Positions 21,227 through 36,200 of a stretch of 64,000 nt of DNA are shown here, piece by piece. The notes under the pieces were generated by a model that made no database searches, was not told the DNA's origin, and saw nothing but the letters and a program-made list of their open reading frames with translations. The DNA lies in the NCBI GenBank assembly GCA_040285825.1, contig JAUPSS010000005.1:1302001-1366000 (forward strand). Direction: 5' to 3'. Source of the DNA: Eukaryota sp. TZLM1-RC (taxonomy: Eukaryota > Protista > Metamonada: BaSk clade). The position numbers were made by a program, and so were the translations under genes. Numbering within the stretch: the stretch's first letter is position 1; each line of letters begins with the position of its first letter.

Positions 21227-24200
21227 TTATGACTGAAAATTTGATTGAAATTTGATTGGCTTTGACTGAAAATTACTTGCCCTTTGAATATTAATTGATG
21301 CTTGACTTAAAAGATTCTGGAAAAAGACATTTCTTGCTTTGAGGTTAGAATTGGTGAATTCAAAGTGACTATCGGTAGCAGTAGAATCACGAACAAGAAC
21401 AGTATCTAAATCAATGGTAGAATCAGTAGCAGCAATAGATTGAGAATGACAAGCAACAACAGCTACATGATCAAAATCAACATTAGATTTAACAAGGGTA
21501 ATAAGAGGTTCATCATTAGCACATCCACTGATAACTTTACCATCAGAATCAACTGGACCTAAAGTATTGACGTTGGTGAAATCCAAAGTTGAGTCATCAG
21601 CATTGATAAACGAACCTGGATAAGAAGTAAGATCGATAATATCCAAATTATTTAAAGAAATTTCAGATTTAGAAATGGAATCAATCAATCTAAAAACAGA
21701 TGAATCAAGTATTTGAGAATCAATCAAAGAAAATTTACTAGAGGAAATCTTCATAAGGGCCTCAGATGGAGTATCAATATTTAAAATTTGTAGACGCAAA
21801 CCGTCAAAAACAGAACCACTCTTTACGTCAAAAACTTTACCTTCAAGATCGTTAAATTCAACATCAGTTGCAGTGAAATTAGAATTGGTTAATTGAACAT
21901 GTCCAGAAGCTTCTGAATCTAGTACATCAACATTAGTAAAGGTAACATCTGCATTGTTAATACCAACAAGAGTTTGGGCCAAATGACCAATAAGTGAGGA
22001 ATCAGCCAAAGTAACTTCTGAATTATCAACAGTAAATAAAGGGTCAGTAAATGAACAAGTTACAGTAGTTGAAGTAGTAGATTCCTTGACAATATTGATA
22101 TTATCTAAGGTTAATTCAGAATCACTTGAAGCATCAAATAAAGAACCACTATAAGTATTAGGATGAGATACCTTCAAATCATGAATTTTAATAGTAGAAT
22201 CGATTGATTTAAAAGCTGGTCTTACACAAGAACTAATAATTTCAGTTTGTTTTAAATCAATAGTGGAAGAATCAGTAATCATCATCGGATCATTATTAGT
22301 AGTGGTATCAATAACTTTAACATTTAAACCTTGAACTTTAGAATCACTGTTTACGTCAAAAACTTTACCTTCAAGATTGTTAAATTCAACATCAGTTGCA
22401 GTGAAATTAGAATTGGTTAATTCAACATGTCCAGAAGCTTCTGAATCTAGTACATCAACATTAGTAAAGGTAACATCTGCATTGTTAATACCAACAAGAG
22501 TTTGGGACAAATGACCAATAAGTGAGGAATCAGCCAAAGTAACTTCTGAATTATCAACAATAAATAGAGGATCAGTAAATGAACAAATTACAGTAGTTGA
22601 AGCAGTAGATTCCTTGACAATATTGATATTATCCAAGGTTAATTCAGAATTACTTGAAGCATCAAATAAGGAACCACTATAAGTATTGGGATGAGATACC
22701 TTCAAATCATCAATTTTAATAAAGGAATCAATAGATTCAAAAGCTGGCCTTACACAAGAATTAATAATTTCAGTTTGTTTAAAATCAATAGTGGAAGAAT
22801 CAGTAACCATCATTGGATCATTATTAGTAGTGGTATCAATAACTTTAACATTTAAACCTTGAACTTTAGAATCACTGTTTACATCAAAAACTTTACCTTC
22901 AAGATTGTTAAATTCGACATCAAATGCAGTGAAATTAGAATTGGTTAATTCAACATGTCCAGAAGCTTGTGAATCTAATACATCAACATGAGTAAAGGTC
23001 ACATCTGCATTGTTAATACCAACAAGAGTTTGGGACCAATGACCAATAAGTGAGGAATCAGCCAAAGTAACTTCTGAATTATCAACAGTAAATAAAGGAT
23101 CAGTAAATAAACAAGTGACAGTAGTTGAAGTAGTAGATTCCTTGACAATTTTGATATTATCTAAGGTTAATTCAGAATTACTTGAAGCATCAAATATAGA
23201 ACCACTATAAGTATTAGGATGAGATACCTTCAAATCAGCAATTATAACAGTAGAATCAATAGATTTAAAAGCTGGTCTTACACAAGAATTAATAATTTCA
23301 GCTTGTTTTAAATCAATAGTAGAAGAATCAGTAACCATCATTGAATCATTATTAGTATTGGTATCAATGACTTTAACATTTACACCTTCAACTTTAGAAT
23401 CACTCTTTACATCAAAAACTTTACCTTCAAGATGGTTAAATTCAACATCAGTTGCAGTGAAGTTAGAATTGGTTAATGCAAAGTGACCATCAGTAGCATT
23501 TGAATCACGAACAAGAACAGCTTCTAAATCAATAGTAGAATCAGTAGCAACAATAGACTGAGATTGACAACCAACAACAACTACATCATCAAAATCAACA
23601 TTAGATTTAACAAGAGTAATAAGGGGTTCATCATTAGCACATCCACTAATAACATTACCATCAGAATCAACTGGACCTAAAGTTTTGACATTGGTGAAAT
23701 TGAAGGTTGAATCATCAGCATTGATAAATGAACCAGTATTAGATTCATGGTGAACAATATCAAAGTCAGTAATGGTAATTGTGGAAGTTTTGGAATCAAT
23801 AATGTTACTGAATTTAGTATCAGAAAGGTCAACAGTGGTCAAGGTAAGATCAGAATTATTGATCACAATTAAGTCATCAGAATTTGAATTTGAATCAGAA
23901 ATACCAACATTGGTTCCAGTAACTTTAGCATTATCTTGAATATTGAAAACATTACCTTCAAGACCTTGGAAATTGACATCATTCATTGTCAATGTAGTTT
24001 TGGTTAATTCAAAATGACCATCAGTAGCAGTTGAATCACGAACAAGAACAGTTTCTAAATCAATAGTAGAATCAATAGCAACAATAGATTGAGATTGACA
24101 GCCAACAAGAACTACATCATCAAAATAAACATTTGATTTAACAAGGGTAATAAGGGGTTCATCATTTGCACATCCACCAATTATTTCCATCTTGTTAAAT

Positions 24201-27200
24201 GTAACAGTGGATTCTGCTAAGAAGACGAAGCGTGAAGTTCCAAAATAAATCAGTTGCACAAATGAAAATTCCAAATTGGAATTTTTTACAATAACTTCAC
24301 ATGAAATGTGTATTTCAGTCATTTTTGATTCACCTTCACCTTGAAACACTACATCCAAAAATTCAAAATCTATATCGAAATTAGTTTCATTATAAACACC
24401 TTCTTTCAGAATAATTGTCCCGTTATTACCCATTTTTTCAATGATTTTACTAACTGACAAACAAGGGTATGTAGAGGGACCACAGCACTCGTCGTTAATT
24501 CCAATGGGGGACAAGTAAAAAATTGGAGGACACATTTTCATGTTGTTTACAGTTGCAGAATCCAAAGTCAAATTACCACACGCTGAAATTACAAAACACC
24601 CCTTGAAATCAACAATTCCATCAATTACCACATTGCTGTTGATTTCTATCATACCACTGCCAACAATTTTAGAACTTTCTGAAAACACTACTTCGGAATC
24701 AAACGAAACTTTACCATCATTTGAAACATTTAATCTAGAATTGACCAACGTTTGGCATTTCGTAAACAAAAGATGAGAATCGACAAGAACCTCACCTCCG
24801 TTCAATTCACCAAAGTTGAATTCGAAAGTTCCAGATTTAACATGTAATAATTTTTGGTTTTTGTAAATAGCAGAACATCCATCAAGTTTCGCCAAAGACT
24901 GTGTTGCAATAGTAAAGTTGGGACTAGAAATCACACAGTTATCGGTACCTAGAACAGTTCCAGATTCAAAGACTCCAGACAAAATATTGAGGTTAGTATT
25001 ACAAATCTTTTCTCCATCAGTTTTTATTGTAAACTTTTGGGGGGAGAAGACTTCAGAACCAACAAACTCACCTGATTCAAAAACAAAATCTGTCACAGAC
25101 CATGCAAAAGCAGAGTTGATAACACCACCTTGAAACTGATAGTTGGTAATAATTGGATCAGAAACTAAAGATGAAACATAAAGTAAGCCACCAGTCTGTT
25201 TAAACTTATTTAAGGTAAACTCATTAGAAACATCCAAAATTTCAATTAGACCATCAGTCAAAGTGAAAAGACCGGGAGAGCTTTTGCTAGTGGTATCTTC
25301 ATCAAATGTCAGAATAGAGTTTTCATAATTAAAATCATAGTCAATGTCTCCCCAATAAACAGAACAGTTACTGAAAGTGATGAGACTATCATTTAGTACC
25401 AGATTTGGTGAGTGCAACCTAACATTAGAATTAAAAAAAGTAAATCCAGAGTTGATAGTAAGAATGGTCTCTGAGCCAATTTCAAACTGATCTGAAACAA
25501 TACCAAAGCCATTTACATTAAAGTGACCCTGTTTGAGCTTGAAACGACCAGATTGTTGGGTAATATTCCAATCAAAATTGACTACTCCAGATGTTTCAAT
25601 TACTAAATCATTTTTATTAATTAAACAAGGCAACGATGCATTTTGGTTGTCGTGTATAACCCAATTTCCTGCTTGAAGATTCAAGTCACCTTTATTGACA
25701 AATTTAGCACCAACATCACCATATAAGTCATACTTAATTAACCCAAAACCATAATTGACAAATGAAGTGCCTTCCCCAAGTACATGATAAATCTTATCTT
25801 CTTTTGGTTGATTTATTTCAGGATCTAATTTCAAGAAGAAGGTAGCTTGAGGTTCAATAAAAATAAACGATCTACCATGGATAACACCTCTGTACCAAGT
25901 GAATGAACAGGTGATGGACAACAGTTCACCAAGATGGAATTTGTAATCCCCCTTCAAAGTGAAATCACATATTTCAGTATCTTCTTCAAAAATTAACTCA
26001 GTCCCTTCCAGAATGATGCCAGTTGGTCTACACATGGTTGCATTTTCTCTTATAATAATTGTTCCAGCAGGCCCAATGACTGCAGAATCAAAGCAAACAA
26101 ACCCATCAAAAGACATTAAAGATCCAGGAGTCATTTTTATAATTGATTTTTCAGCATAAAACCAACTTTCTTCATCAAAAATATAGGGATAAGGATCACC
26201 TACTTCAAGAGTAGATCCAGGGGAGGAAAGTAAACGTGATGGATGGGAATCAAAACCTCCAGAAAGAACTTTCATTACAAAAGTTTCTGGGATTGTGATG
26301 TTTCCCTTATTCTGCAACTCCCATTCAAACTTGAATTCAATATTTTCCCAATCAGAGGTTAAATCCATCCCATGATTCACAAAGACTACTGGTAAACTAT
26401 CTGGAGTTAAATGTTGAGAAGGAATAGTGATTGGATTAGGGGAGGTCATTGGTTCATATTCATCCCAGTCATATAGTACAAAATTACCAGTATCATGAAT
26501 TTCAAGAACATCATTAAACACAATGGTAGTATTGAGACCACCTCTGATATCACTTTCTTGACGCCAAATCACTGGGCCATTGAAAATAACAGTGGATAAA
26601 TCCTTGAATTCCTTTTCAAAGATATCGATAAAAATAGAACCTTGTTCAGCATAAGTAATCGACTCATCTTGGAAACCTCCACCAGCTCTGAACTGAAACT
26701 GATTCTTGACTGTTACTGTATCAGTTCCTCCTCTGAATCCACCATTAATCAGCAACTCATCAATTATTATATGATGACCAGTAACCAGGGAAACTATAGA
26801 ATTAAAACCAAGTTCTAAGCTAGTGAAAGAAATGTCTGGATTAATGAAATCTTCAAAGAAAACTTGAGTACCCCTAACAACAACTGAAACTTCTTCAGAA
26901 ATAAAAGCATCGTCAGTGATATAGAATCGACCATTGTCCTTGATAGTACATTGTTTCAAAGAAAATCTTGTTTTTAAATAAAATATACCAGTGGGATTTC
27001 GTAGCCCAAAGAAGAAATTATTACCCTCAATGTAAGAATTGTCACCACTTTCAAAGGTAAATGGACGATCATCAACACCAACAGTTGTGCCAAACATTGC
27101 ATATACTGGACCAAAAGAACAACCACCGCCTGCAAAGTAAAACTCTCCTAAAATGAGGTTCAAAACACCATAATGTACAAAGACAAATCCACAGTCAAAT

Positions 27201-30200
27201 TGAGTAACAGTAACATCAATACTTCCATAATTAATGAAATAGGAATCCATTATTGAGTCGTTTGTGAAAGAAGCTCTTTCCCATTTGATTAAGTCAGTGA
27301 ACAGCACATGTCCTTCCTTTGCATTTATAATATTTGAACCATAACCAAGTAACTCTTGATAACCACTAAATAAAAAGTAGCCCTTATTAGTAAGTGTAGC
27401 ATTTTCTTCCATTACTCTTGTAGTGTCTGGAACAGTTGCTTCGCCATTAGTCAAGCAGAAAACATTAGAATCTTTACCAAAACCACCAGACCCTTGCCAT
27501 AAAAATTGATTTAGTACTTCTACTTGATCAGATCCATGGAGGAAACCGTGATCAATCAAAAGATCGTCAATGGTGACTACGCTTTCAGTGTTGAAGGTAA
27601 CATTACCATACTCACAGTGAACAGTATTTAAGGGAACCATTTGAGTTACCTTATTAAAAATAGCATTACCAACAACAACAGTCAAATCAAATTGATTGAC
27701 TAAAACAGCAGAATCATGGAAAACTAAAGTCCCTTCACCAACAGATACCAATTGATCAGTTTCAAAAGTACCTTGAATATAAACCGTTGTCCATTCAAAA
27801 AGATTAATTGCACCAGTTGAAAGAATATTTGAATCAGGACCCAATAATGAATCTTCAGAAGCTGAGGTGAAAGAAAAAGTTGTTCCATAATTGATTATTA
27901 AAGAACCATCACCTCGTATAAATGAAAATGCTTCAAATAAGCCCATATTCAAAGTAAACTTCCCTTCTACAAAAACTCCCCAATAGGAAACAACTCTCAT
28001 TGAAAAAGGGTCAATTGAAGCAGTTCCAAAAATTTCAATAAAAGCATCACATACCTTATCAGTATTAGTAAACCGATCAATACAATCAAACTGGCCATTA
28101 GAAACGAACTTGAGTGAACCCTCTTCAGAAACAACTAATTTTGAACCATTGTACCCAAATAAATTACCATTGGAATTCCATTCTAGTTCTTCATGAGCAA
28201 TAACAACTGCTCCTAAGTGAATTGCTTTGGGATTTTGTCCTGCAATAGTAAGAGAGGTAAACAAATCTACTGTGATATCCCCAGCAAAAGATCCTCCATT
28301 CCATTCAAAAGAAGCAGAATCTCCAATAATTTGAACATCATCATTGACTCCAAAAATTTCAGCATTTTCATCTAAAAGTCCAAAACCATCAAAAGTAATT
28401 ATACCTTGACCAGTATTGAAAAGCATTAAGGAATTACCGCGAAGATCGAAACCACGTACACTTCCTAAATCGTTGTCAAGGGAAATGAATTGCAAAACAG
28501 CATGATTAACGAGACGAATTTCAGCAATATCCAAAAGAATTGGACCAGTAAAAGTAATAGTTCCTATAGAAAAGTGCAATAAAGAAGTGCTGAAAGTACC
28601 TTGTACAATGACTTCAATAAAGGGTGTTGAAGGTTCAAATCTAGCAGCCTGAGAGAAACCTTCAATAACTTCGAAATAATGGGAATCTTTGTGAAAGTAA
28701 TGAGTCGAATTTATAGAAGAATGGCCGAATAAAAGTTCAGAGTTGCCATAACTGTAGAAAGAAGAATAGACATTCAATGGTCGTCTTGGATTAATAGTAC
28801 CCTCTTTGAGATGAAATTCCCCACTTGAAATCTCTACTGGTGCATCGAATATTCTGTAAACATTAGAAATAGCTTCTGTTAAAGGTCCCATAAATCTAAT
28901 GATATTGTTTTGACTACGTTCACGGAAATATGCATTAATCATTTCAGTATAACCCTCAATAACAATTGAGGTAGAATGGTATAGATTAACTGCATTAGTA
29001 GTATCAATAAATAATTTAGAACCAGGAAGGAAGACTAATTTAGAAGTATCCCTCAATTGTTTAGCAGAAGGGTTGGATAACCATTGGGTAGACCTACAGG
29101 TGCCAATAGTGCCCTTATTCTTAATGTAAATAGTACCAGAACCTTCAATTATACCACAATTCCATACAAATTCATTAGTAGTAATATCATCAGAGCCGCT
29201 TTTAGTACCACCATCTACAATAAGTGACTGAAAATTAAGGTGATGAGAGGTACTAAATTCAGCTTCTCCATTATATAATTCAATATCAGTAAATTCAAGG
29301 GCTTCAGAAGACTTTCTGAATCGAATAAACTCATCAGAGGACATAACAAGGGACCTTGTAGAAATTTGTTCATCGGTACCATCAATGATAAACCAACTAT
29401 GGGTATTAATATTTAATCTATCAAAGGTCCAATTGCCAGAAGCTGAACGGGAACCATCTACTAAAACGTGAGCTCTTTCAGTTAAATGAATTTCAGTAAG
29501 GTTAATAAACGCATTCTTTCCAAAAACCCAATTCCCCGTAGGTTGAATGAAAATAGGAGACATATCCCAAGTACCATCAAATAACACCTTGTTTTCTGGC
29601 GACCATTTCCTTGTGTGAGTATTAAAATTCCAACTATCCATATGAATATTACCGTCCCCAACCCCAATCACTCCATCTTTAAAAGTATGGCTGTAATGTC
29701 GCAAATGCAGACCAGAACCGTCTTCCATTAAGTATTTGGAAGAACCATAAGAAGTACTTGGTCCATTAAAAGTAATTTCAGTATTTTCTTCAGAGGTAAA
29801 TAAATTGTAGTTGTGGATAATAAAATCCAAAGTAACACTGATATCTGGGATTGGGAAATTTAAATGATTATTATTAATAAGAGTGGGTAAATTAGATCTG
29901 GAATTGGAGATAAAATCTACTGATGACGTGAATTCCATATGAGCATCATCTAAAACTGTCCAAGTACTGGGGCCAGTAAGATAGAAATCACCAGGGCCTC
30001 CAACATTAGTTGTATCATGAATATTTACATATTTGCCCTTACTAAAACCTCGATCTCCTGCATCCACAGAGTGAAGGTCAATCAAGAAATCAACATCAAC
30101 TTCAATAGAACCACCCAGCCACTGCGTGTAGTCAAAACTAACAGAATCATAACCAGCTAACAGCGAATTATTATAAGAATTGTCATTATAAATAGGTTGG

Positions 30201-33200
30201 AAATTAATACTGCTAAAACACGTAACTCTTGCTGGATCCACAGGATTCCGCATAACGAAATGATCAAAATGAACATCATGACCTGTATTAAGGCAAATAA
30301 ATCCCGAATTGATGGTAACATTGGGGTGTGACCAAGAATATTTGAAATTGTTGAACATCAAGGCACCATCATTAATAACAATGCTGGGTAAGTGAACTTG
30401 ATGGTCATGATTGGAAAGTTCTACTGAACCACCATTAATTGCCAACTTTTCAATATTCAGATTATACCTAGAATTGACAATATTGAGTCTTCCACATTGA
30501 TTTAATTCAAATAGTTCTACATTGTAGTCAGTATCAGCACCATCAACATTTTCGTGTAGCAAATGAACATCACAATTAGAAAGTACGAATTTTTTAATAG
30601 GATGACGTGCTGTAGAGAAGAGCTCAAATCGACCATAATTTTGCACATGTTCTGTAAAAAGATTAAATTGACCATTATACTTCACCCAAGCTGAATTAGT
30701 TCTGAAATCAAATGTACAAGTATCACAATTGACAATGGAAGTGGCAGTAAATAAGTGATGAGTTCTAGAGTTAATGGCTTGATTACTACCAAAAGCTAAT
30801 TTAGTATTTGGTTGTAAATCAAAAGTTGCTCTAATCACACCACCACCATCACCAAACAATAATTCAAAGTCATTTAAATAATGGATGGTATTTACGGCAA
30901 TATCAATAAACCAATCAATTCTTCTTCTATTTTGAGCTGTGGAGAAAGTGATTGTGTCCATAACATAAATGACTGGATAATTACTACTAGTAGTACTACT
31001 AAACCAAAAGTCACCAGTGATATTAGTTTCGTCTTCTAAATAAAGTTTACCATTAGAATTTCCGCGAATTTGACCATTATTCACCATAATCTCACACAAA
31101 ACTTTAGCATGTAATTCAGCAAAAATATCCTTTCTACCACTAGTTGTAAGTCTTAAAGGTTGAAGTGACTTAGTAACACCACCACAGAAACAACCTTGTT
31201 TGAAAAAGATCTCGTTATTTACATTAGCTATATCATTACCATCTCTCTTGGCGTTTGATCCGTCCAAGACTAAGTGGTCAATAGTGACTACCTTTCCAGA
31301 TGCAAGTCTTAAAGTACCATCAAGAATTTTAACTATCGGCAATTCGGGAGAGAATGAAACAAAAGACCTTAGTTCAACTAATGAGCCAGATCTAATTTCA
31401 AAATTGGGTAAAATAAAGGTAGCACTGAGACTTTGGAATAAAAAGTTCCCCCCATGGGGTTGGAATTCTTTGGTTTCAAATGTTGGCAGAGTAATAACGT
31501 TACAATAACCACCAGTACCTTGCACAAAATCAACATCAATGTAGGAAATACCATTTTTGAAAACTGTTGCTGAACCCCGTCGAGTAATTAATCGAGGACT
31601 TTCAATAAAAACATAGTTATCAACAGTTAAAGAAGTTTCACTGAGGATTTCAGTACTTACATGGAGCTCTTTAATTGTGAATAACTTGACAGAACCAGAA
31701 TATGCATGGATAAAAGGTAGAAAAGTATTACCAGAAATAGAATTAAACTCAGTTTGACCATTAAAAACAAATAGACCTTTTCTGATAATAACATCGTTAA
31801 GAATTTGACTAAACTTAACCCTAGCTGAACTAGTGGAAACATTGAAATAATCATCAATAATGAGCTTTTGTTTCAAATCAATAAAGTTGACTGCTCCACG
31901 AAGATCAAATGACTTAGGAGTAAAAACATTGTTTTCAACAGTTGTGAGATCAAATCTGTGTGAACTTCCAATATAAATGCCAGACTGAAACACCAACCAA
32001 TCTTGCAAGTTTTCCATGGTTAACTTACCATTAGTGTTACTGACTCTATTGACAAAGGTGACATTTTGTGCCACGTTTTCAATGGTAGTATGTCCTGAAC
32101 TCCCTGAAATAGTCATAGTTGAAATGTTGAAATAATTATTCAAAGTATCAATATTCACCACACCATTGGTTTGAGTGAATTCATCAATATCAACTACTTG
32201 GTTTACATTATCAATATTGAGAGTTCCTCCTGAAGAATGAATCTTTAAAAGGTCGAAAATTTGGCTCCTTTCTTTAGCTTGATGCATGTTCATTGTACCT
32301 CCACTTATCGTAATTGAATCAAGCTCATAATCAGCATGTTTCGTGAAAGTAAATCTTCCGGTAGAATGCTGGAAATCTAAAGTCAGGTTGTAATAACCAT
32401 TGAAATTGATAGTACCACCAGAACTAGTTCTTAAACGTCCTTCTAAACCATTCCAAACAGAAGATTGTTTAACCGTACCAGTGCTACTACCAATATCAAA
32501 TAGAGCACTGGGATAAATAGTAAAAAGACCATCAAGATTTGAATCACTGTTACGCTGATTAAATCGTCCATTTAAAGTAAATGTTCCAGTGCCAGTTTGA
32601 TTAAATGGAAGATTATTAGTTAAGGTAGAAGTTCCGTCTAATTTAACAAAATCACCAGTGTTGAGAATAGTAGGTCTAAAAGAAACATCAGGATACTCGA
32701 CACTTATATCAATATCAACAGCAGAAAAATCAAAGTTGGCTAAGTTGTCGCAAATAGAAGCACCACACATTTTACCATAAAAGAAAATTCCACTATTGAC
32801 TATGCTAGAGCTTCTATAAATGAAGAACGGGAAATAATGAACTAGAGTAAGCTCACCGGAGTTTTCTAATACAGAGCCATAAGCTAAATGTTTTGGTCTT
32901 TGAGTTTCTATTAAAGACTCACAATCCGAATTCAAAACAAAAGTGATAGTTGAAGTGAATGACCGAGGACTTCCAATTCTACCAGATTTCCAATTCCAAT
33001 TAGAATCCACTTGCACTGTATCAAGACCTTCAAGAATTCCGCTAATTAAATCAAGAGCACCAATATTGACATTCTGTCCAGAGTTAAATAAAACTACAGA
33101 ATCTTCAATTAAAAGAGAATGAAAATGAATAAAAGTAGATTGTTTGAAATTATTCAAAGTAATAGATCCTCCACCTTGAACAGTTACAGAGTCCAACTCT

Positions 33201-36200
33201 AATGGAACTGCTGGGGAATCGAAAACAACCATACAATGGGATGAACAATGAAAATCATCAGTATAAACATCTAAAACAGTTTCAGGACCAAAGTAAAATG
33301 AACCAGAATCAAAATCAAAAGAACTTAAGAAAAAGGAGGAATAAGTATTCAAGAATGAGAACCTATCCATTGAAAGATAACCATTAAATTCAGTAACTGA
33401 TCCAGGGAGCAAATCAAAGCTTTTATGTCCAAATTCATAACCAAATTTAGTTCTTGAGGGACCCAGTCTAATACTAGCAGAGTTATGCAAATGGAAATGT
33501 CCCTTATTATAACCCCCAGCGAGTAAGTAAATTAAACCATCAAGGAAATCCAATCGACCATTTGGCTCAATAAATAATTCAAAAGAACAATCGAAAGAAC
33601 CACCAATAGATCGAGAAACCGAACCAAATATTGAAAGTTTGGCTGAATTGTGGAAATTTCTAGACGAAGTAGATCCAGTGTAAAAAAGATTAGGACCATT
33701 CAATTCAAAAACAGAGGACTGTTCAATAACGATTTCAGTATTACTAAAACCAATAATTTGCCCTCCATCATAAACTCCGTGGGTAGTAATTGTAAACAAA
33801 ACACCTTGACGGAAATTCTTAGTTCCTTCACTAGTGAGCAAAGCAGTCACAGAAGTAACATCGGTATAGAAATGTCCTGAATTAAAAACCAAATCATCAA
33901 TAAATGCATGATCCGAGCCACCTAATGATGATGTGTCAATGGTAGCTCTGGTGATTAACAAATCATTATCAGTTGAACTGGTCAACTGGGAAGAAGATAA
34001 TGAGAGTTCTTCAATTTTAATGGAATTGGGGTTGGAATAAAATGTAATGTCTGAATTGGAACTTTCAAGTTTAGTTACCTTCAATGATTTGGTTGTTTCA
34101 GTGATGAGCTCTGCATTATTGATTTGTAAAAGAGAGTGGTAAATATTAGGGAAATTTTCATATTTGAGCTTTCCATCACTCACAAATACAGAATTTTTGA
34201 ACGTAACCGGCTTCTTAATATCTTTCCAATGAACAAAGGACTTGGAGCCATATAATTGGTAAAAGTAAACATTCAAAGAACGACGAAGATCAAAAATGTG
34301 AAGAATTCCAGAGACTTCAAGGTGATTAAGTGTCCATAAAGGACCTGAAACACCATTGAATTCTGCCTTACCTGGGTGAAATACTGTAAGGTTATGAATT
34401 TCAAATGAACATAAAGACTCAAAGTAAACAGACCCAAATTCAATCAAAACTGAAGGATTTAAGGAAAACAAGCCATTGAAAATAACAGTTGGTGAGGAGG
34501 TAATAGAAGATTCAGTATAACCAACATTGAGATAAGTAAATGGACCAATTAATCTGGAGTTTTCATCAAATTCATAAACTCCCTTGTCCAAAACATTAAA
34601 TTCACAATCGCCAATTAATTCAAGAGTTCCAGTAAAAAAAGATCCAAAAGAAAAACTGAAAAGTGTTTCATTAGCTTTTCCAATTCCATGAAACTCAACA
34701 AATAAATCAAAAATAATAGAAACACTTGTAAATTCAACATCACCACCAAGAATTAAAACATTACCTTTACTATCTTCATTATTGGAATATAAACTGGTAA
34801 ATGTTTGGAAATTAGTATTCATAGAAGATTCAAAATCAAACAAGGAATCACTTCCAAGAAGAATAGTTGGGTTTTCTATGAAATCTATGGTGTTTTTCAC
34901 CGAAATTGTAGAATCATCAATAAATTTAAAGTGCTCTGAACCTATATAAGCTTGGGCTTCTGGACCAGTTTCAATCAAAGCACTGTCAATACTACCGCCA
35001 AACCATTCAAAATATTCTGTAACAAAAAGTAAATCGTCTCCAGAAACAGTTGAATTACCATGAATTTTGACAACATCAATAGTAACATCATGATTAGTAT
35101 TGAATGAAACAAAAGTACCGTTAATGTTGAGGAATTTGAGAACAAGAGGGGTAATTAATTCATCAAAAATAAGAGAACCCCCATTTAAATCCATTCCATT
35201 TATAATTAAATTACCATATAAATCTTTGAAAATAACATCGCCTCCAGCAACTCTTAATGAATCAATAGTAATATCCTGTTCAATAGTATCAAATTCCACA
35301 ATTCCAGATAAAAGATTAATAAAAGGAATATTCACTTCACCTTCAATGTTATTAAAAGATAGTTCACCATCTTCGACAACTAAACCAGGAACAAAAACAC
35401 TACCTCCAACAAAAGTTAATTCAAACTTACCATTAGTTGTGTATAAAGGTTCATTCAAATTAAAATCACCACCAATATTGATAAAGTTAATTTCTGAATT
35501 CAGCCCAGTTAAAGAAGGAATATAAACCTTTGAGCCAACTGAATTAACGAATAACTTGGAATCAACAAGGTCAAGAGGTGTGGAAATAAGGAAATTATTA
35601 CCAATTTCAAGAAAATTAAGAACAGTATTGATAGAGATTAAAGATTCAATTAATAAATCACTTCCAATATAATCAATTTGTTTAAATGAATCAGTAAATG
35701 ATGCATTTTGGATAATGAGAGACTCTTGAATTGAAACTACAATGAAAGTGCTGTTTAAAACATCTAACATTGCAGTAATAAAAGAATTTCCGATAGAACT
35801 TATGTTAAAATCGCTGTCAAAAATTTCAACAGAATTAATTAGCCAATCATTTCCAACTATGTTTGATTTGAAAGCAGAATGAACAATTGACATTGAATTT
35901 TCCACAACAAAATTGTTGTTCACCTCTCCAAAAGTAACTGTTGAATTAATTGAATGGAAATCAAAAATTAAAACGTCTCCAGTAATAAGGCTAGAGTAAA
36001 ACAGACCATTTTCTAAATAAAATAAAGGGGTTACAAACTCACAAGACAAAGAATTTAAAACAGCCATACCCCCTGTAATGTATAATAAAGAAACATTGAA
36101 AATACCAGTGTTTGGACATTCAGAAAACTCAATAGAACCCCCTTTTTGAACAACTAAAGAAGAAATGTTGTAAACAGAGCCATCCATAAAATGTAAATAC

